Origin: Lingula anatina
Taxonomy: Eukaryota > Animalia > Brachiopoda
DNA length: 64,000 nucleotides
Assembly (NCBI GenBank): GCA_051362555.1
Contig: CM120644.1
Location: forward strand, 21,846,534-21,910,533
Reading direction: 5' to 3'
Shown here: positions 33,101-46,353 of the stretch, piece by piece
How the letters are laid out: every line of letters starts with the position of its first letter
How positions within the stretch are numbered: position 1 is the stretch's first letter
Position numbers and translations under genes: made by a program
The notes under the pieces: generated by a model
The model's input: only the letters and a program-made list of their open reading frames with translations
Told to the model about the DNA's origin: nothing
Databases searched by the model: none

Positions 33101-33916
33101 ACATGTATCATGTATGGAGAGAGGTGGACCACGCACCTGTTCATGAATGTACGGAGGTTACGAAAGAAACAAACTTTATATTAACATATATCCATTATAA
33201 ATAACAATTAACAACACTGAATAAACATTGCAACTATTTATATTACTTTATTTAAAACGGTGCTCACGTGTAGTGGATGGTACTGTCATACTCTTCTGTT
33301 GTCTATAATACATGTACATACTTTATAATAACATTGCTTTTCCGAAAAAAAAAAAGCAACAAACGAGAACAGTCACGTGCGTTGTGATAAACCCCTCAAG
33401 TTACCTCTTGCAAATGGAGTGAGGTATCAGTTGAAAATGTAATTGCAGAGGATTATTAATAAATGACACACCATTCATTTATCTATTGGCTCTCTATGTC
33501 ATTAAGTGAAATGATTCATCAGTAATAAAAGGAACTTTCAATGGTGCTTTCGGCGTGCTACGATGGTTGGTGAAGCCACCATGTATCAAATCATATTTGA
33601 CTTGATAACAAGCAAAATAAGGACTCTTAACAGGTCCATTAAGTGTGACCCCCCCCCACACACACACACACAGGAACAACCGGCGCAGCGCTGCTAGCAG
33701 CTGATTAATCACGCTGTACTTTGATATCACGTGCACCCTAACTGTGATGTGTACAAATAACTTTATCAAACAATACATTAAAACATGCGCCATGGCCTTG
33801 GTATATTCTAATAGGGTTGGGCGTTTTGATTTTGTAGACTTTGACACCGTCCTCATTATTGACAATATCACCTGATTGTTGACAAATTTGAAGCAGTATA
33901 GATAGCCTATTAAATG

Positions 33917-33985
33917 ATATATAAAGCGTACGCAACGGTCTGGAAGCAGTAGAGCGGGGCAGCCGTTATGTAGGGGGCGGGGCGC
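33917..33985 (+). promoter_or_regulatory. Putative TRIM promoter (TATA-like and GC boxes)
   Basis: tatataaag at about 33918 and ggggcggggc at about 33974, directly upstream of ATG 34013. Confidence 0.4.
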
Positions 33986-34012
33986 TGTGCCCACTCTGGG
34001 CGCTAAAATACT

Positions 34013-36223
34013 ATGGCAATGGCTTCGAAGGAGATGTATAACATCTTCAACGAGAACTTTCTAACGTGTCATATGTGTCTTGGAGAATATAAAGACCCGA
34101 GAGTTCTCCCCTGTTACCACACTTTCTGCCTGGAATGCATTGCTGACCATGCAGCCAAGAATGGTCTCCAGAATAAGTTCTCCTGTCCCGTGTGTCGCCA
34201 AGAGGCCCCCGTACCACCAGGTGGGTTAGAAACTCTCGTGAAAAACTTCTTCCTAACAAAAGTAAAAGAATGTACCAAAGGCCAGAAAGCGTCAGAGGGG
34301 AGACTTTGTGAGTATTGTAACCAGAAAGAGGCCACTTTCTTGTGCCAAGGATGCCCAAAAAACAACCAACTGTGCGCTACATGTCGTGACATTCACGACA
34401 AAATACCCGCATGTGAGGGCCACTCGTTTGTATCCCTGTCACAAGTAGATCTGTCAGCTAACCCAGCTATCATACGAGAACAATTACGTCACGTATTAGA
34501 TAAAGCTCAATACTGCGACAAACACGACAGTGAGTTGTTGGCATTCTATTGTGAAGAGGATGACACCGTGGCATGTAGAGATTGTATTTTGGAAACTCAC
34601 AGTAAACACGACTTTAGAAAAATCGGGGATGTGGTGAAAGTTCAACGGGAATTAATACAAGAAAACATGAGATGTCTCCCAAGTCAGAGTGCAAAACAAT
34701 CTCGTTTTGAAAGGGCGGAGAGAGCCATTGCACGAACGGAAGAGAGGCTGACAGAACATCAGACAAAGGTTTTTCATTTGGTGGATTCTCAAAAATTAGC
34801 TATGACGAAGGAGATAAGGGAAAATAGTAAAACCATTGAAAGAGAACTGAACGATTATTATCAACAAGTAGAGAAAGACTTACGTCAACAGATCGACACG
34901 TATTTAACAAGTATGAAACACCATTTGGAAACGTACCAAACAAGAGTACAGTCAGATTACATCGAAATGCAGAAAGTTATAGATGGAAAAAGCGACGAAT
35001 TGACTGCAGAAGTTAAGGCACTAACCTCCACGCAGATGAAGACTCTAGAGGCTGAAAAGGACAAGCAAGAAATGAACATGATTTCCATCCAGAGCATTCG
35101 TGATTTCGCTCAGCAGCTCACAGACATTGGTTCTGATATTGAAGTCATGTCCCACTCTAAAAAACTTCAAACTAGAATCCAGAAGTTACGGACAGTAGAA
35201 CCAGTCTTTGATACCAAGATCACCAAAATAACATTTACACCGGGGCAAACACAAATGGACATTGTGCTACAGTTTCCTAAAATCCCCGAACCACGGCCGC
35301 TGTCCATCAAAACGGGGTCCATTACGGCCAAAACATACCGGGGTCCCTTGGATGCATATTTTGGAAGTTTGAAACAAGAGAGAGAGTACTATCCCGAGCT
35401 GATGGAATTTCAGAGAGTCGCATATCTTGAAACACCAGAGCAGTGTATTTTTTATAATGTGAATGATTGGCCGTGGGATATCCAGTGCATAGATAAGGGG
35501 TGTGTTTTAGTTGTACGGTCTAGTGATATAGTGTCCGTATTCTCCAGCGAAGGTCAATGTAATCGTGAGATCAGTATAGAGGGAGGGGTGAGGTGTATCA
35601 GTACAGTCAGTAACGATAGATTTTTGGTCACCTGTGACGATAAAGAGTGTAGGCTGTATTCAACATCAGGTCAGGTTATCCAGTGTTTTGGTCAGGGTGA
35701 TATGTCTGACCCCTGGGGTGTCACTGTGGACCGTACAGAGGGTAAGGTATTCGTGTGTGATAGTGGTGCACAGTGCATCAGTGTGTATGACATGCCATCA
35801 TTTCAACTTGTGAACAGAATTCCTATCCCAATGTGCAGTAAGAGCACACTGCGCTGTGCATACCATCACATCATCAATGCAATCATAGTCAGCGACTTTG
35901 GTATCCACTGTGTGTATGCAGTGACACCCCAGGGTGACGTCATATTCCAATATGGAGCACGAGGTCAGAGTGGAAGTGGAGGCGGACAACTAAATTATCC
36001 ACGAGGCGTGTGCGTAGATGAGTTTGGACACATATTCATAGCTGACTTCAATAATCACAGGGTGGTTGTCCTTGGTTCAGACGGAAGGTTTGTTCGTTAC
36101 ATTCTGACAAGGAGTGACGACATTGGGCATCCTATATCAGTTGATGTTAACAGGAACGGAGAGCTTGTTGTTGGAACTATCCGATGTGAGATATCCACGT
36201 ATAAGTATATTGGTAAACAATGA
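34013..36223 (+). CDS. TRIM-NHL E3 ubiquitin ligase (TRIM2/3/56/71-like), intronless, 736 aa
   Basis: RING (CHMC..LPCYHTFCLEC..CPVCR), two B-boxes, coiled coil, NHL repeats (PWGVTVD, QLNYPRGVCVD..IADFNNHRV). Confidence 0.95.
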   Translation: MAMASKEMYNIFNENFLTCHMCLGEYKDPRVLPCYHTFCLECIADHAAKNGLQNKFSCPVCRQEAPVPPGGLETLVKNFFLTKVKECTKGQKASEGRLCEYCNQKEATFLCQGCPKNNQLCATCRDIHDKIPACEGHSFVSLSQVDLSANPAIIREQLRHVLDKAQYCDKHDSELLAFYCEEDDTVACRDCILETHSKHDFRKIGDVVKVQRELIQENMRCLPSQSAKQSRFERAERAIARTEERLTEHQTKVFHLVDSQKLAMTKEIRENSKTIERELNDYYQQVEKDLRQQIDTYLTSMKHHLETYQTRVQSDYIEMQKVIDGKSDELTAEVKALTSTQMKTLEAEKDKQEMNMISIQSIRDFAQQLTDIGSDIEVMSHSKKLQTRIQKLRTVEPVFDTKITKITFTPGQTQMDIVLQFPKIPEPRPLSIKTGSITAKTYRGPLDAYFGSLKQEREYYPELMEFQRVAYLETPEQCIFYNVNDWPWDIQCIDKGCVLVVRSSDIVSVFSSEGQCNREISIEGGVRCISTVSNDRFLVTCDDKECRLYSTSGQVIQCFGQGDMSDPWGVTVDRTEGKVFVCDSGAQCISVYDMPSFQLVNRIPIPMCSKSTLRCAYHHIINAIIVSDFGIHCVYAVTPQGDVIFQYGARGQSGSGGGQLNYPRGVCVDEFGHIFIADFNNHRVVVLGSDGRFVRYILTRSDDIGHPISVDVNRNGELVVGTIRCEISTYKYIGKQ

Positions 36224-36505
36224 CATAAATATATTTTGATACTGTTATGATGTTTAAATTATGATATCAATCACTGAAGAGAAAATAATGAACACACTAC
36301 CCTGTAAAAACAGTATTTAGCATTTAAACATTTATTAATAATCCAGATAACAAATAACGTTCATGAGACGGCGCTTTACTATCTGCCATAAAAAAAGATC
36401 TGTTCAATAGAAAATGGATCGACTTCTTATATAAAGCCTGTATCAATTTCTGTTTTCCATCAAGTAAATTCTAAATCGACCTTATTTGTATTTAGATTAA
36501 AATAA

Positions 36506-36508
<3 letters not shown>

Positions 36509-36545
<37 letters not shown>
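36509..36545. repeat. (GA)n microsatellite
   Basis: Direct reading. Confidence 0.9.
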
Positions 36546-36549
<4 letters not shown>

Positions 36550-38060
36550 TGAATAATAGGATTTAGCGGCATTTCGGTTTACTTGTGAATATCACTCAAG
36601 TCGGGGTTTAATAAGGATCTGTATCTGTGGGTATTTTTAAGGGCAAATTTGGGGCAAAGGAAGCCAAGATATGTAGTTACCTCGTACATTTTTTGAGTGC
36701 ACTTCTTGTGTTAACGTAGTGAAAGAGACCAATGTCAAGACTTGGCTTCCGCCCCCGGTTCTTCTGTTCAGCCCCCTTTGACTTATCGTCTGACAAACCG
36801 ACTTTTCCTGAGCTCAAAACGATGAAAGATATTTACCTAGTCTGGGTTATAGAAACATGTTAAAGACGTTTCTCTATGCTAGATTACTTGATAAAATTAC
36901 TGGGAGAGAAAAAAAACTTCATACAAGTCTCATTTGGTGTATGAAAACACTAATAAACTGCATGTAGAATATTAAGGGCAAAAAGCATGCCAGGAAACCT
37001 AACGTTATAATAGGCGCTTTCGGACAAAAATTTCAGAAAATGTGCTAGATGAGACAAGGCAAAGATGATATTGATGATACTGAATTAGAAACAATGTTTT
37101 ACTTAAAAAGTAGAATGAAATAAATTAGATAAAAAGTATGTTTTCTAGTAAATATTAGATCAAAAATTTTTATTATTAAAATTCCTATACGGCGTAGCAT
37201 CAATTTTATATATAATGAAAAGAGATTTTTTACTAATCTGGTGAAATACAGAACATAATATTGAAAGAACAACTTCAATAAATTAAACCAAGGAATTAAA
37301 GTCTTTGATTAAACTAACCCGACTTATCACACTATTACTTTATTAAATCATTCACACGTTATTGAAAGTTCGAGTTTTTTATACTTATTAAGTACTACCA
37401 GTATATCACATATTTTTTTTCAGTTTTAATTTGGCAGTTTTAATTGTGTAGTTTATTTAAAAACAAGAGTTTTCACGCACGCTCATGTCAATATACAGCG
37501 ACGGGCTACTTATTGCCCGGGTTCTTTTTAAGGAACGAACAAAACCGTTACTTTCTGATTTTACCTGGCCACTAACATCATTATCTCGGCATTTTTTCCT
37601 CCGTAGCTCATGAAAAGATGGCGAGGTTTCACATTTTATACACCTCGTTTTTTAAAAATGATCCAAAAATATTCACTGGGTCTAAATTAAAAGAACATGA
37701 GTATGATTAAAGTAATATGTTCAGTTCGTATACGGCGTTTCGATTTCGTATGAGCTCCCAAGGAAGGATTATGGAGCAACAAGCATCGACAACAATGCTA
37801 ATTCATGTGTAGTCATTTTACATCATATCCTGAAACAGACAACTGACTTTTAGTACAATTAAAAAACGCCTGTGAAAAAAACGGGACTCTTTCATGTTGT
37901 TAAATTCCATGTAGTCTCTCGGTTGAAATAAAGAGCCCGACGTTTTTAACGCGCTGCGAAAAGGTAATAAAGTCTCTTACCTCCTTTGATTGACAAGGTG
38001 CCAATCAAATTCAATTAGTTTTGATAGAGGCTGTCAAGTAATAACAGCTTGATTGACGGG

Positions 38061-41000
38061 TTATATTATTAATTAATTAATTTATTAAAGTGTCGCATAT
38101 TCTTAAAACATAAAATACAAAAAACAGTATAAAATAAACTACTAATTAAAAGAATACCCAGCCATATTTGGCTTATGAGACACAGTTAAAAGATTTCCGT
38201 CTTTTAAACATTTTAAAAACTGTCTTAGCTAATAGAAACTGGTGTTCACAATTCATAATAAAAACAAATTTTTCTGTATCACTATAATTGCTAAAACATG
38301 GATTAAGATAGTGACATTGATCTAAAAGTTCTTGTCGTAAATCTGAATAAAAAGGACATATTAAAAGAAAGTGAATCTCATCTTCTGTATTTTTTCTATC
38401 GCAATAAAAACATACTCTTTCATTTAAAGGGGTTCGTATAAAACGGCCAGATTCTACATGTAAAGGTAGACTGCCACAGCGCAGCTTAGCTAAAACGCTA
38501 CGGTAAGGTCTTGGCATCGCACAGTGAAGATATGTCTCCGTTTTCAAATCTTTTTTGAAGGATCTATAATGTCTCAGTTTATTTCCATTGGGGTTTCCTT
38601 TGTCATTCCACAATTTACAAAACCATTTCTGTTCGTAAAATTGAAAAAGAGACCTTCTAATCTCTTTTTTAGCGTTTTTAAATACATAAGACTCATTGCT
38701 TAACATGCTGTTCAGTTTATATTGAGTGAGAAGTTTAATGGTTTTCACACCCCAAGAGCGTTTCTGCTTTACTGACCAATTAAAAACTTTACTTAAAATG
38801 CGGCCGTTGTTTACATTTTTAAGTCTACAATAGTATCTGAACACTTCTATGTGTTGAACTGCTAGGCTAGGTATCCACCCCATGTCAGCCTGCTTTGCCA
38901 CATTAGACATCGTTTTTGTTACGCCAAGGAAGATACGTATCGCGCGAGTTTGAACATTGTTGACAAATCGATATTCTTTTTGTCCCCATAATGACGCACA
39001 GTACATTAAAACTGGTTCTACTGAAGACTTATATAGTTGTGTGAAAACGACATAAGTCATGCCACAGCTTTCAAAATATTTTGCTGTCAAGACGCCAAGT
39101 GATCTACTGGCTGATTTGGCCAGTTCCCTTACAGCATACGTTAAGTCCAGGTGTTCTGTTAGCCAAATGCCGAGATATTTATATTTATCGACCGTTTCAA
39201 GTCTTTTCTTTCCACATATAAACTCGAAGTTAGATTTTTCAACTGATTTTACACGGAAATGAATCACATTCGTTTTAGATGAATTAAGCTGAAGTCTCCA
39301 TTTGTAACACCAAGCAGAAACAAGGTCCAGCATTTTCTGAAGATTGTCTTCATTTTCAGCCACGACAACAATGTCATCAGCATACATAAGAAGGTTAATT
39401 GTTGTTCCATCGATGTCAATACCAAGATTTGCCTCACGCAAAGAGTCTGCTAGGTCATTTATATAAATCCCAAATAATGCTGGCGACAGCAAACATCCTT
39501 GCTTGACACCACGTGTAATTTTAAAAGGTTCGGTTAATGACCCATTTAGTCGTATACGGCCGGTGACATTGTCATACATGGAAATAATTGCTTGGTAAAA
39601 CGATCCATTTATCCCCAGTTGTTTCAGTTTAAACCACAAGCAGTCCCTGTTTAAACTGTCAAACGCCTTTTGCAGGTCAATAAAGCAGGCAAAAGTTTGC
39701 TTTTTAGATTTTATTCTGTTATCTAAGATGCTTTGTAAGGTGTGAACATGATCCTCGCAGCTCCTGTCCTTTCTGAAGCCGTTTTGTTCATCCGCCAAGT
39801 AGGGCGTACTCTCAAGCCACGCAGTTAAGCGTTTATTTAATATATCGCCGTAAATCTTGCACGGTACTGAAATTAATGTTATACCTCGGTAAGTTAAAGG
39901 TTTATGTGGGTCCGTCCCATTTGGTTTTACTATTGGATTCAGCAATCCGGTTTTCCAAATATCTGGGACTACGCCTTTTTCGAAGCATGCACTGATTATC
40001 TTATGCAAAAGCTCGACGCAAACTTCATTCTTTAATGCTTCTGCCGGGATTGCATCAATGCCGGCAGCCTTACGCATTTTAGCATTCTTTACTGCCTCCG
40101 CAACTTCATCTCGTCGTATTGGTCGGTTCAGGATATTTGCATCGTACATAGGATGGAAGTCATCGTTTTCGAGCCTGCTGAGAATTGTGCTGAAATGATT
40201 TTCATCAAAATCCGTGACATAATTATTAACGTTGTATAAACATTCATGCTGGGATCTCCATTCGTTTAAAACATTATCCATTCCTGTTAGGAGAGAGCCG
40301 TCGCGGTCTATCACCTCAGTTGGAATTTTACATTTTCTGTTATTTGCAATGCCGATTTTTCCTATGTCTCTCCAAAATTCCTGAGAGTTGGAAATTAATT
40401 TATCATGCATCTCCGTCTGCTTATTCCGTTGGAAATTACGCTTGTATTTTCTATGTAGCCTGTCGAAACTCTTGCGCTCGGTACAATATACAGATTTCAA
40501 AGTATTTTTACGTTGAGGCGTCGGACATTTTAACCAAGCTCGTTCCGCATCACAGGCTTTATTCCACTGATTTTGTAATTCATCATTCCAATAGGGTTTT
40601 GATTTTGATATGTGACGTTTTGCATTGCTATGGCTTTGTCGTAACAAACCTCTTTTCTTCAATTCATCGTGTAAATAGTGTTCAAATTCCGCGTACGCCG
40701 CATTGACATCGTTTCGATTTTCTAGTTGATCCTCGATGCGATTCATACATTCGTGGAGTTGTTTGCACCCTCCTTGTCTTGAGCATAAGAAATTGTCGGG
40801 AAAATTATTAATGTTACACAGTGATTTTCTTGATTTGGTTCATCTAATACTGGTAGTTTTACACCAGATTTTCTCAGGTCAATCGACCAGTTTAACAAAG
40901 AATGATCTGGTACTGATAGAGGCGTTGAAAGCTGGAGTTCTGATATTAAGTCTGACATGGTATGTATCTGAAAGTCCTCGTATAGGGATAATTGTTCATG

Positions 41001-41150
41001 AGGTGCTAACACATAGTCCACGACTGACCTCCCTTTCGTGGAGATACAAGTAAATGTGTTGCTTTTTCCAATTCGGCCATTTAACATGCATATATTACAG
41101 TCCACACAAAAATCAATTAATTGGTCACCAAAGCCGTTTTCGATGCAGTC
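38061..41150 (-). mobile_element. 5'-truncated non-LTR retrotransposon (RTEX-like LINE)
   Basis: Contains the RT ORF plus an upstream frameshifted endonuclease C-terminus (40743-41156: NGR..FTCISTKGRSVVDYVL..PDHSLL); 3' end has AATAAA and an AT-rich tail at about 38061-38087. Confidence 0.9.
38173..40746 (-). CDS. LINE ORF2 reverse transcriptase with C-terminal CCHC zinc knuckle (N-terminally truncated/frameshifted)
   Basis: QNGFRKDRSC, FIDLQKAFD, GVKQGCLLSP, YADD, YKYLG, C..C....EDEIHFLLIC. Confidence 0.9.
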   Translation of the reverse strand: MNRIEDQLENRNDVNAAYAEFEHYLHDELKKRGLLRQSHSNAKRHISKSKPYWNDELQNQWNKACDAERAWLKCPTPQRKNTLKSVYCTERKSFDRLHRKYKRNFQRNKQTEMHDKLISNSQEFWRDIGKIGIANNRKCKIPTEVIDRDGSLLTGMDNVLNEWRSQHECLYNVNNYVTDFDENHFSTILSRLENDDFHPMYDANILNRPIRRDEVAEAVKNAKMRKAAGIDAIPAEALKNEVCVELLHKIISACFEKGVVPDIWKTGLLNPIVKPNGTDPHKPLTYRGITLISVPCKIYGDILNKRLTAWLESTPYLADEQNGFRKDRSCEDHVHTLQSILDNRIKSKKQTFACFIDLQKAFDSLNRDCLWFKLKQLGINGSFYQAIISMYDNVTGRIRLNGSLTEPFKITRGVKQGCLLSPALFGIYINDLADSLREANLGIDIDGTTINLLMYADDIVVVAENEDNLQKMLDLVSAWCYKWRLQLNSSKTNVIHFRVKSVEKSNFEFICGKKRLETVDKYKYLGIWLTEHLDLTYAVRELAKSASRSLGVLTAKYFESCGMTYVVFTQLYKSSVEPVLMYCASLWGQKEYRFVNNVQTRAIRIFLGVTKTMSNVAKQADMGWIPSLAVQHIEVFRYYCRLKNVNNGRILSKVFNWSVKQKRSWGVKTIKLLTQYKLNSMLSNESYVFKNAKKEIRRSLFQFYEQKWFCKLWNDKGNPNGNKLRHYRSFKKDLKTETYLHCAMPRPYRSVLAKLRCGSLPLHVESGRFIRTPLNERVCFYCDRKNTEDEIHFLLICPFYSDLRQELLDQCHYLNPCFSNYSDTEKFVFIMNCEHQFLLAKTVFKMFKRRKSFNCVS

Positions 41151-43464
41151 AAACAAACGTCAATCACATTCATTACACAGGCAATCACTATAGTCGTGGA
41201 ACACGGTAAACTCAAGCTCCCTACATCCTTTGATTGACAAGATGCCAATCAAATTCAATTAGTTTTGATTGTTGCTGTCAAGTAATAACAGCTTGATTGG
41301 CGGGTAATAAAAACAAACGTCAATCATCGCGCATTATGATTTCTCTCGCCGTGAAACAGTGAGTTCCAAGTACGTCGAAAGAGGGAGCTACATGTATATG
41401 CAGAAGTTAGGACGGATTTCTTACAAAATAAAATATTTCATGAGCATATATACAACCCGTTTTATAAACTAGTTATCTTTCTGCACCCTTCAGCGTGTCT
41501 AATATGACGCTCTAAATTACAAACTATTTTGTAATAAGAAGAATTTAGCAAAGCAAACCAATTTTAAAACAGATGCAAGAAATATGACATTTGACGTTAT
41601 TCTGGAGGTAGCGCACGAGTCATTTCAAAATTGGTACAAATATGTGCCGCATTATGTGCATGGAAGAAGGAAGAATAAACGTTTTTGCATCATGTGAGGA
41701 ATATTGAAATTATTTTACTGTCAAAGTCTACTTTCTGCACAATAATAAATAAATAAATAAATGAATAAATAAAAAACTATACTAATTCATCTTCATTTAA
41801 GCTCACATTTGTGTTGTGGTTGAGGTAAGTGGTTTAATTTTTGCGGGGGTATATGTTAGCAAAGGACCTGTGATAATATGAATAAACAAAATATAACTGT
41901 TCACAAAAATATTACTGTGAATAACTCTCTAGACATTTTAATGTGCGTCGTCCATTCCTATTTAACAGACAAACCGCTACCTCGCTCTTGTAATTATTTT
42001 GTTAGTTTATTTTTACTGCAGTAAAGCGTGGATAAATTAGTTTAAAACGCCCTCACAGTGCCGTTGTTTTTACGACTTCAGCTGCTGGGGTTAGTAGGGG
42101 CGAGGGATGTCATTAATATACGCTTCCGTGAAATAGTTTGAAACAATTATTTATCATTCAGCCAGAGTTGGTTGTCCTTTTCCACTCCCACGTTATTCTG
42201 AACCGGTATTAACTCGATGCCTGCTTGCTGTTGACGACCCTAATTTCTATCTTTACATAGGTAGCCAAATATCAGCACTAGTAGACGGTCATGACGCGCA
42301 AACATTTTATTACTCAGTCCTTACTTAGTCCGTTCTAAGCTTTTTTTTCAATGTCAAAAACCACCGACAGCATGTAAATATAGGCTGAAAATCTTTCGTT
42401 ATATTGTAAATGGGACGATCAGCCGCAAAGACTTAGAAAAGTATCACAAATTTACTTCATAAGAGGTTTTAGTCTTTTTTAATTCATCCTTTTAACTCGA
42501 AAGACTTTCAAATTTTATCCGTTTTTGTCTGTCACTTTTTCATTTGATGATCTAAATATAATAATTTAAGCTGTGCGTGGAAAGTTGCGCGATTTTTTAC
42601 CGTTGCTCGACCGCCCACTGCGGCTGCGTGAATTAATGTCAATAATATGCAGGACAAATTGAACATATCTTAACCATATAAATAAATTAAACATATGAAT
42701 AAATACAATATAATTTTATTATAATCATAATTCTGATAATTGCTGTTTATCATATAAAATATTGACGCATATATCATACATTGAATTCTGTACTTAGTAT
42801 TACTATAATTCATATCATTTGTATCAATTTAGAATAAGGTACGTAAGTGAACTCTGCCTTAAATTCAGAAATCATAATGGTGAAAAGATCGAGATGTCAC
42901 TTCCAGGTCTGTGAGAACAGGCTTGTCGAGCATTTTCCTCTTCAAGAACACTAAACGCACAACAAAGTCACTATTTCCTGAACTTGCTAGTTACGAGCCG
43001 AATAAACACTAAATGTCAACAAGTATCAAAATAAATTATGACAAATAAATCCACAAGCATTTACGCATTTATTCTGATAATTCTTACTTTGAGCACTTTC
43101 TCTGCTAAGTTTTTCTCATTTCCATCACTAGTGAGTCCTTACAAACTTTTCACTCATTGAAATATGTAATAACAGTAAAATGACAAAAATATATTTCATA
43201 AAGAATCTCATCTTTTTCTTACTTGTAAACATGTCACATTTCTTTATCAAAAAGTGTTTGTCATTTCTTTTGCATCCAAGTACCTGTATTTATTCTTGAC
43301 TGGATTTTCATCCCTCACAAGGGAGTCTTTCAAGACTTTGTCTAGTTTCAAGAGTAAATAGGCTAGATATCAATCGTCCACGTTATTTGAAAACATGTCC
43401 CCATTACTTATACAGAGCAGCCTCCTAACATTTTTTTCCTCAATCTTTTTGTTAATTTTACAGA

Positions 43465-44617
43465 GAAGTCCCATGGTAGATTCATTCTGGAATTTTGTCT
43501 TGGTGATGGTTACAAGCTGTGCCACTGCTCACTTCCTTGAGAGCCCTACTGATCAAGAGCCTGAAAAACAATTACAGGAACTTATATCTCAATTACAAAC
43601 ACTGCAGCAGGAAAATGACTTTTTAAGATAAAGGGTAGAATACCTTCAAACTGAACTGCACACTTTGAAGGAAGACTTGAATTTGAGTAAATGCAGTACT
43701 CCTTTTGGCATCGATGAAGTTAATGAATGTGATGTACAATTTCATACTGGATTTCCCTCTCGCTTGGTTTTTAACTCAGTTTTGGAGTTTGTTGGTCCTG
43801 GTGAGAATTGCTCTAACATCAGATATGATCATACTGTAGATATGATGGCAATAAGAAGAAGAAAGGTGGAAAAAGGAGTTTAACCCCTGAAGATTAATTT
43901 TTCTTTTTTTTATATAGGGTAAGATTAGGTCTTTTTGAGACAGACTTGGCATAAAGGTTTCAGATTTCTCAGTCCACTGTATCTTCCATTATCATTGCGT
44001 GGACAAATTTTCTTTATTTAAGGCTACGTTCCATCAAGCTGTGGCCATCAAAGAAAAGTGTAAACAAGAGCATGCCAGCAGAGTTTAAAGTCAAATATCC
44101 AGACACTAGGGTGATTGTACAGAAATCAAAGTTGCAATACCATCTTCCCAGAGTCTGCAGCCCAAGACATACAGCAACTACAAAGGTACAAATACATTGA
44201 AGGGACTGAGCGGCATAGCACCACAGGGTGGCACTGTATTTGTTTCAGAATTATTTACAGGAAACATCACTGACAGAGAAATCACTGAAAGGAGTCGCCT
44301 GTTGAGGCAAGAGTTTCAAGATGTGATGGCTGACAAGGGATTCACAATTCAAGATTTGCTGGCTCATATCTTGGTGTGAAATTGAATATTCCAGCATTTC
44401 TTGGAAAAGAGGATCAACTTGAAGCAGAGGAGGTAATTGAAACACAGGCCATTGCTTCACTATGGATCCACGTGGAAAGAGCTTTTGGTAGAATTAGGAA
44501 TTTTCATATCATTGATTGAACAATACCTTTAAGCCTAGTTGGGTCTGTTAATCGCTGTGGACAGTTTGTGCTCTGCTGACATTGTTCCAAAAACCAATCA
44601 TCTCTTCAGCCAGATGA
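43465..44617 (+). pseudogene. Decayed ISL2EU/Harbinger-type transposase (HTH_Tnp_4 + DDE_Tnp_4)
   Basis: Fragments FHTGFPS, RLGLFETDLA*RFQISQSTVS, YSNYKGTNTLKGLSGIAP, FTGNITD, MADKGF, IHVERAFGRIRNF, with stops and frameshifts. Confidence 0.85.
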
Positions 44618-45833
44618 TGGAAATATTACTGTCATCATAATGACTGAAAAATTAAATCAGCTACAATAAAATGATTTTGACTGCTGCGCAAGACTCAAGC
44701 TGTTATATTGTGTACTGACAAATGATGGCATATTGCATATGCATATATGAAGTACTAGAAATAAAACTTGTGGTTCATATGTGAAATAGTAGAAATAGAA
44801 TGATTTGTTTCACTTTTACTGGTCTTAACAAATTCTTTCCAAGCTGAGCAGGAACGGCAATGTTGCTACATTTTAACTTCCACAAGGAATTTAATAACTG
44901 TTACTGTTCTTTTACTGGTACAACTTCTGGGTGGTTATCAATATGGTGGCCCCACCTATGTCTGGTATACAGCAGGAAGTATCGCCACTAGTCAAAGTCT
45001 TCTGTAGTCCTCTCCACAATATGGTGGCGCCAGCTGTGGCTGTTATATAGTAGGAAGTATTGCCACTAGTCAAAGTCCTCCACAGTCCTCTCCACAAGTT
45101 ACCCACAACTCGATCGCCATGCTGATATCTGGGTTGCTGATTTCCCAGTCTTGAGATGCTACTGGAGGTTTAAGAGGATTAAAGCTGTCTGTTTCCCAGT
45201 GTCATTCTGAAATTATTGAGGACAGAAAATTTTAATATCTTCTTACAGATTCTTGAATAAATTCACTGGTCTGGTAATAAATCCATCTTTCTTTGTTGTT
45301 AAATCATGCCACAGACAGTTTTTACATTTTTAACCAAATTTTTGAGAGTAGTCTTAATGGTTACAATGTCATCAACTCACTGATTATATCTGTAAAGGCT
45401 TTTCAAATAAAATCCATCAACACAGTCAGCAAACATTTGTGTTTCTTTCCACAATCAAAATCTTATTGAAAAAAAAAAAAAAAAAAGACAGAATAAATAC
45501 ACCACTAACCAAAATACTGTATAGGACTCTGAAGTGTGACAACACCCAATAACTACATTTCAAATAAATAAAACATACAAAACCAGACAAAGGTTGTTAA
45601 AAAAATAAATAAATAAAAATGAAAAAACGGTCACAAATGCACATCCAATCTGCTTTGTATATTTATTGTATTGCAGCACTATCAGCCAATATATTTTACC
45701 ATATTAACTCTCAATCACTGACTTCCATATTTACTTAAATGTTTTTTTTTTCATAATTTATGGTAATAATTTGCTTCTTTCGAATTAATTGAACATAAAA
45801 AATTTGATAAATCTAGCTTAAATTATGATACTA

Positions 45834-45992
45834 CAGGCCTGTAGCCAGCAATTTCAAAAGGGGGGTTTGTTTTCTGAAAACGTGGACCTTTTACCATAAA
45901 ACCTTCATGTGCCTAGATCAAATTTTATCCAAAGTGGACCTTTTTCCCAGCAAAAAGGGCGGTTCTTTCGACCCCCCCTGGCTACGGGCCTG
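45834..45992. mobile_element. MITE family A copy (opposite orientation)
   Basis: TIRs caggcctgtagccag / ctggctacgggcctg; flanks tacta/tgcta. Confidence 0.85.
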
Positions 45993-46353
45993 TGCTATTA
46001 AGCTAAAAACACTTTCTTTATGAAATAAGGTTTAACAGCTTTATCAAGACTTAAAAAGAAATTATTACAAGTTGCTATAAATGAATGAATAATAAAGCAA
46101 AGATAACAATTTGATTCTTTATGTAGTGTCAAGTCACAAATATAACTAAATGCTCTTATATGCTAATAACACAATAACCCTTCTTAACAATAACAATGCA
46201 ATTAAAAAACCAATTCACACAAACTTAATACTTAATATCAAGTCTCTCACCTTTCCATATTTTTCCAGCTTGTCAAAACTTTTAAAAGAAAATCTTGTCC
46301 TTGGAACTGCAGTCAAGATTGTCCTGTAATGACAATAGCAATTACATAACAAT

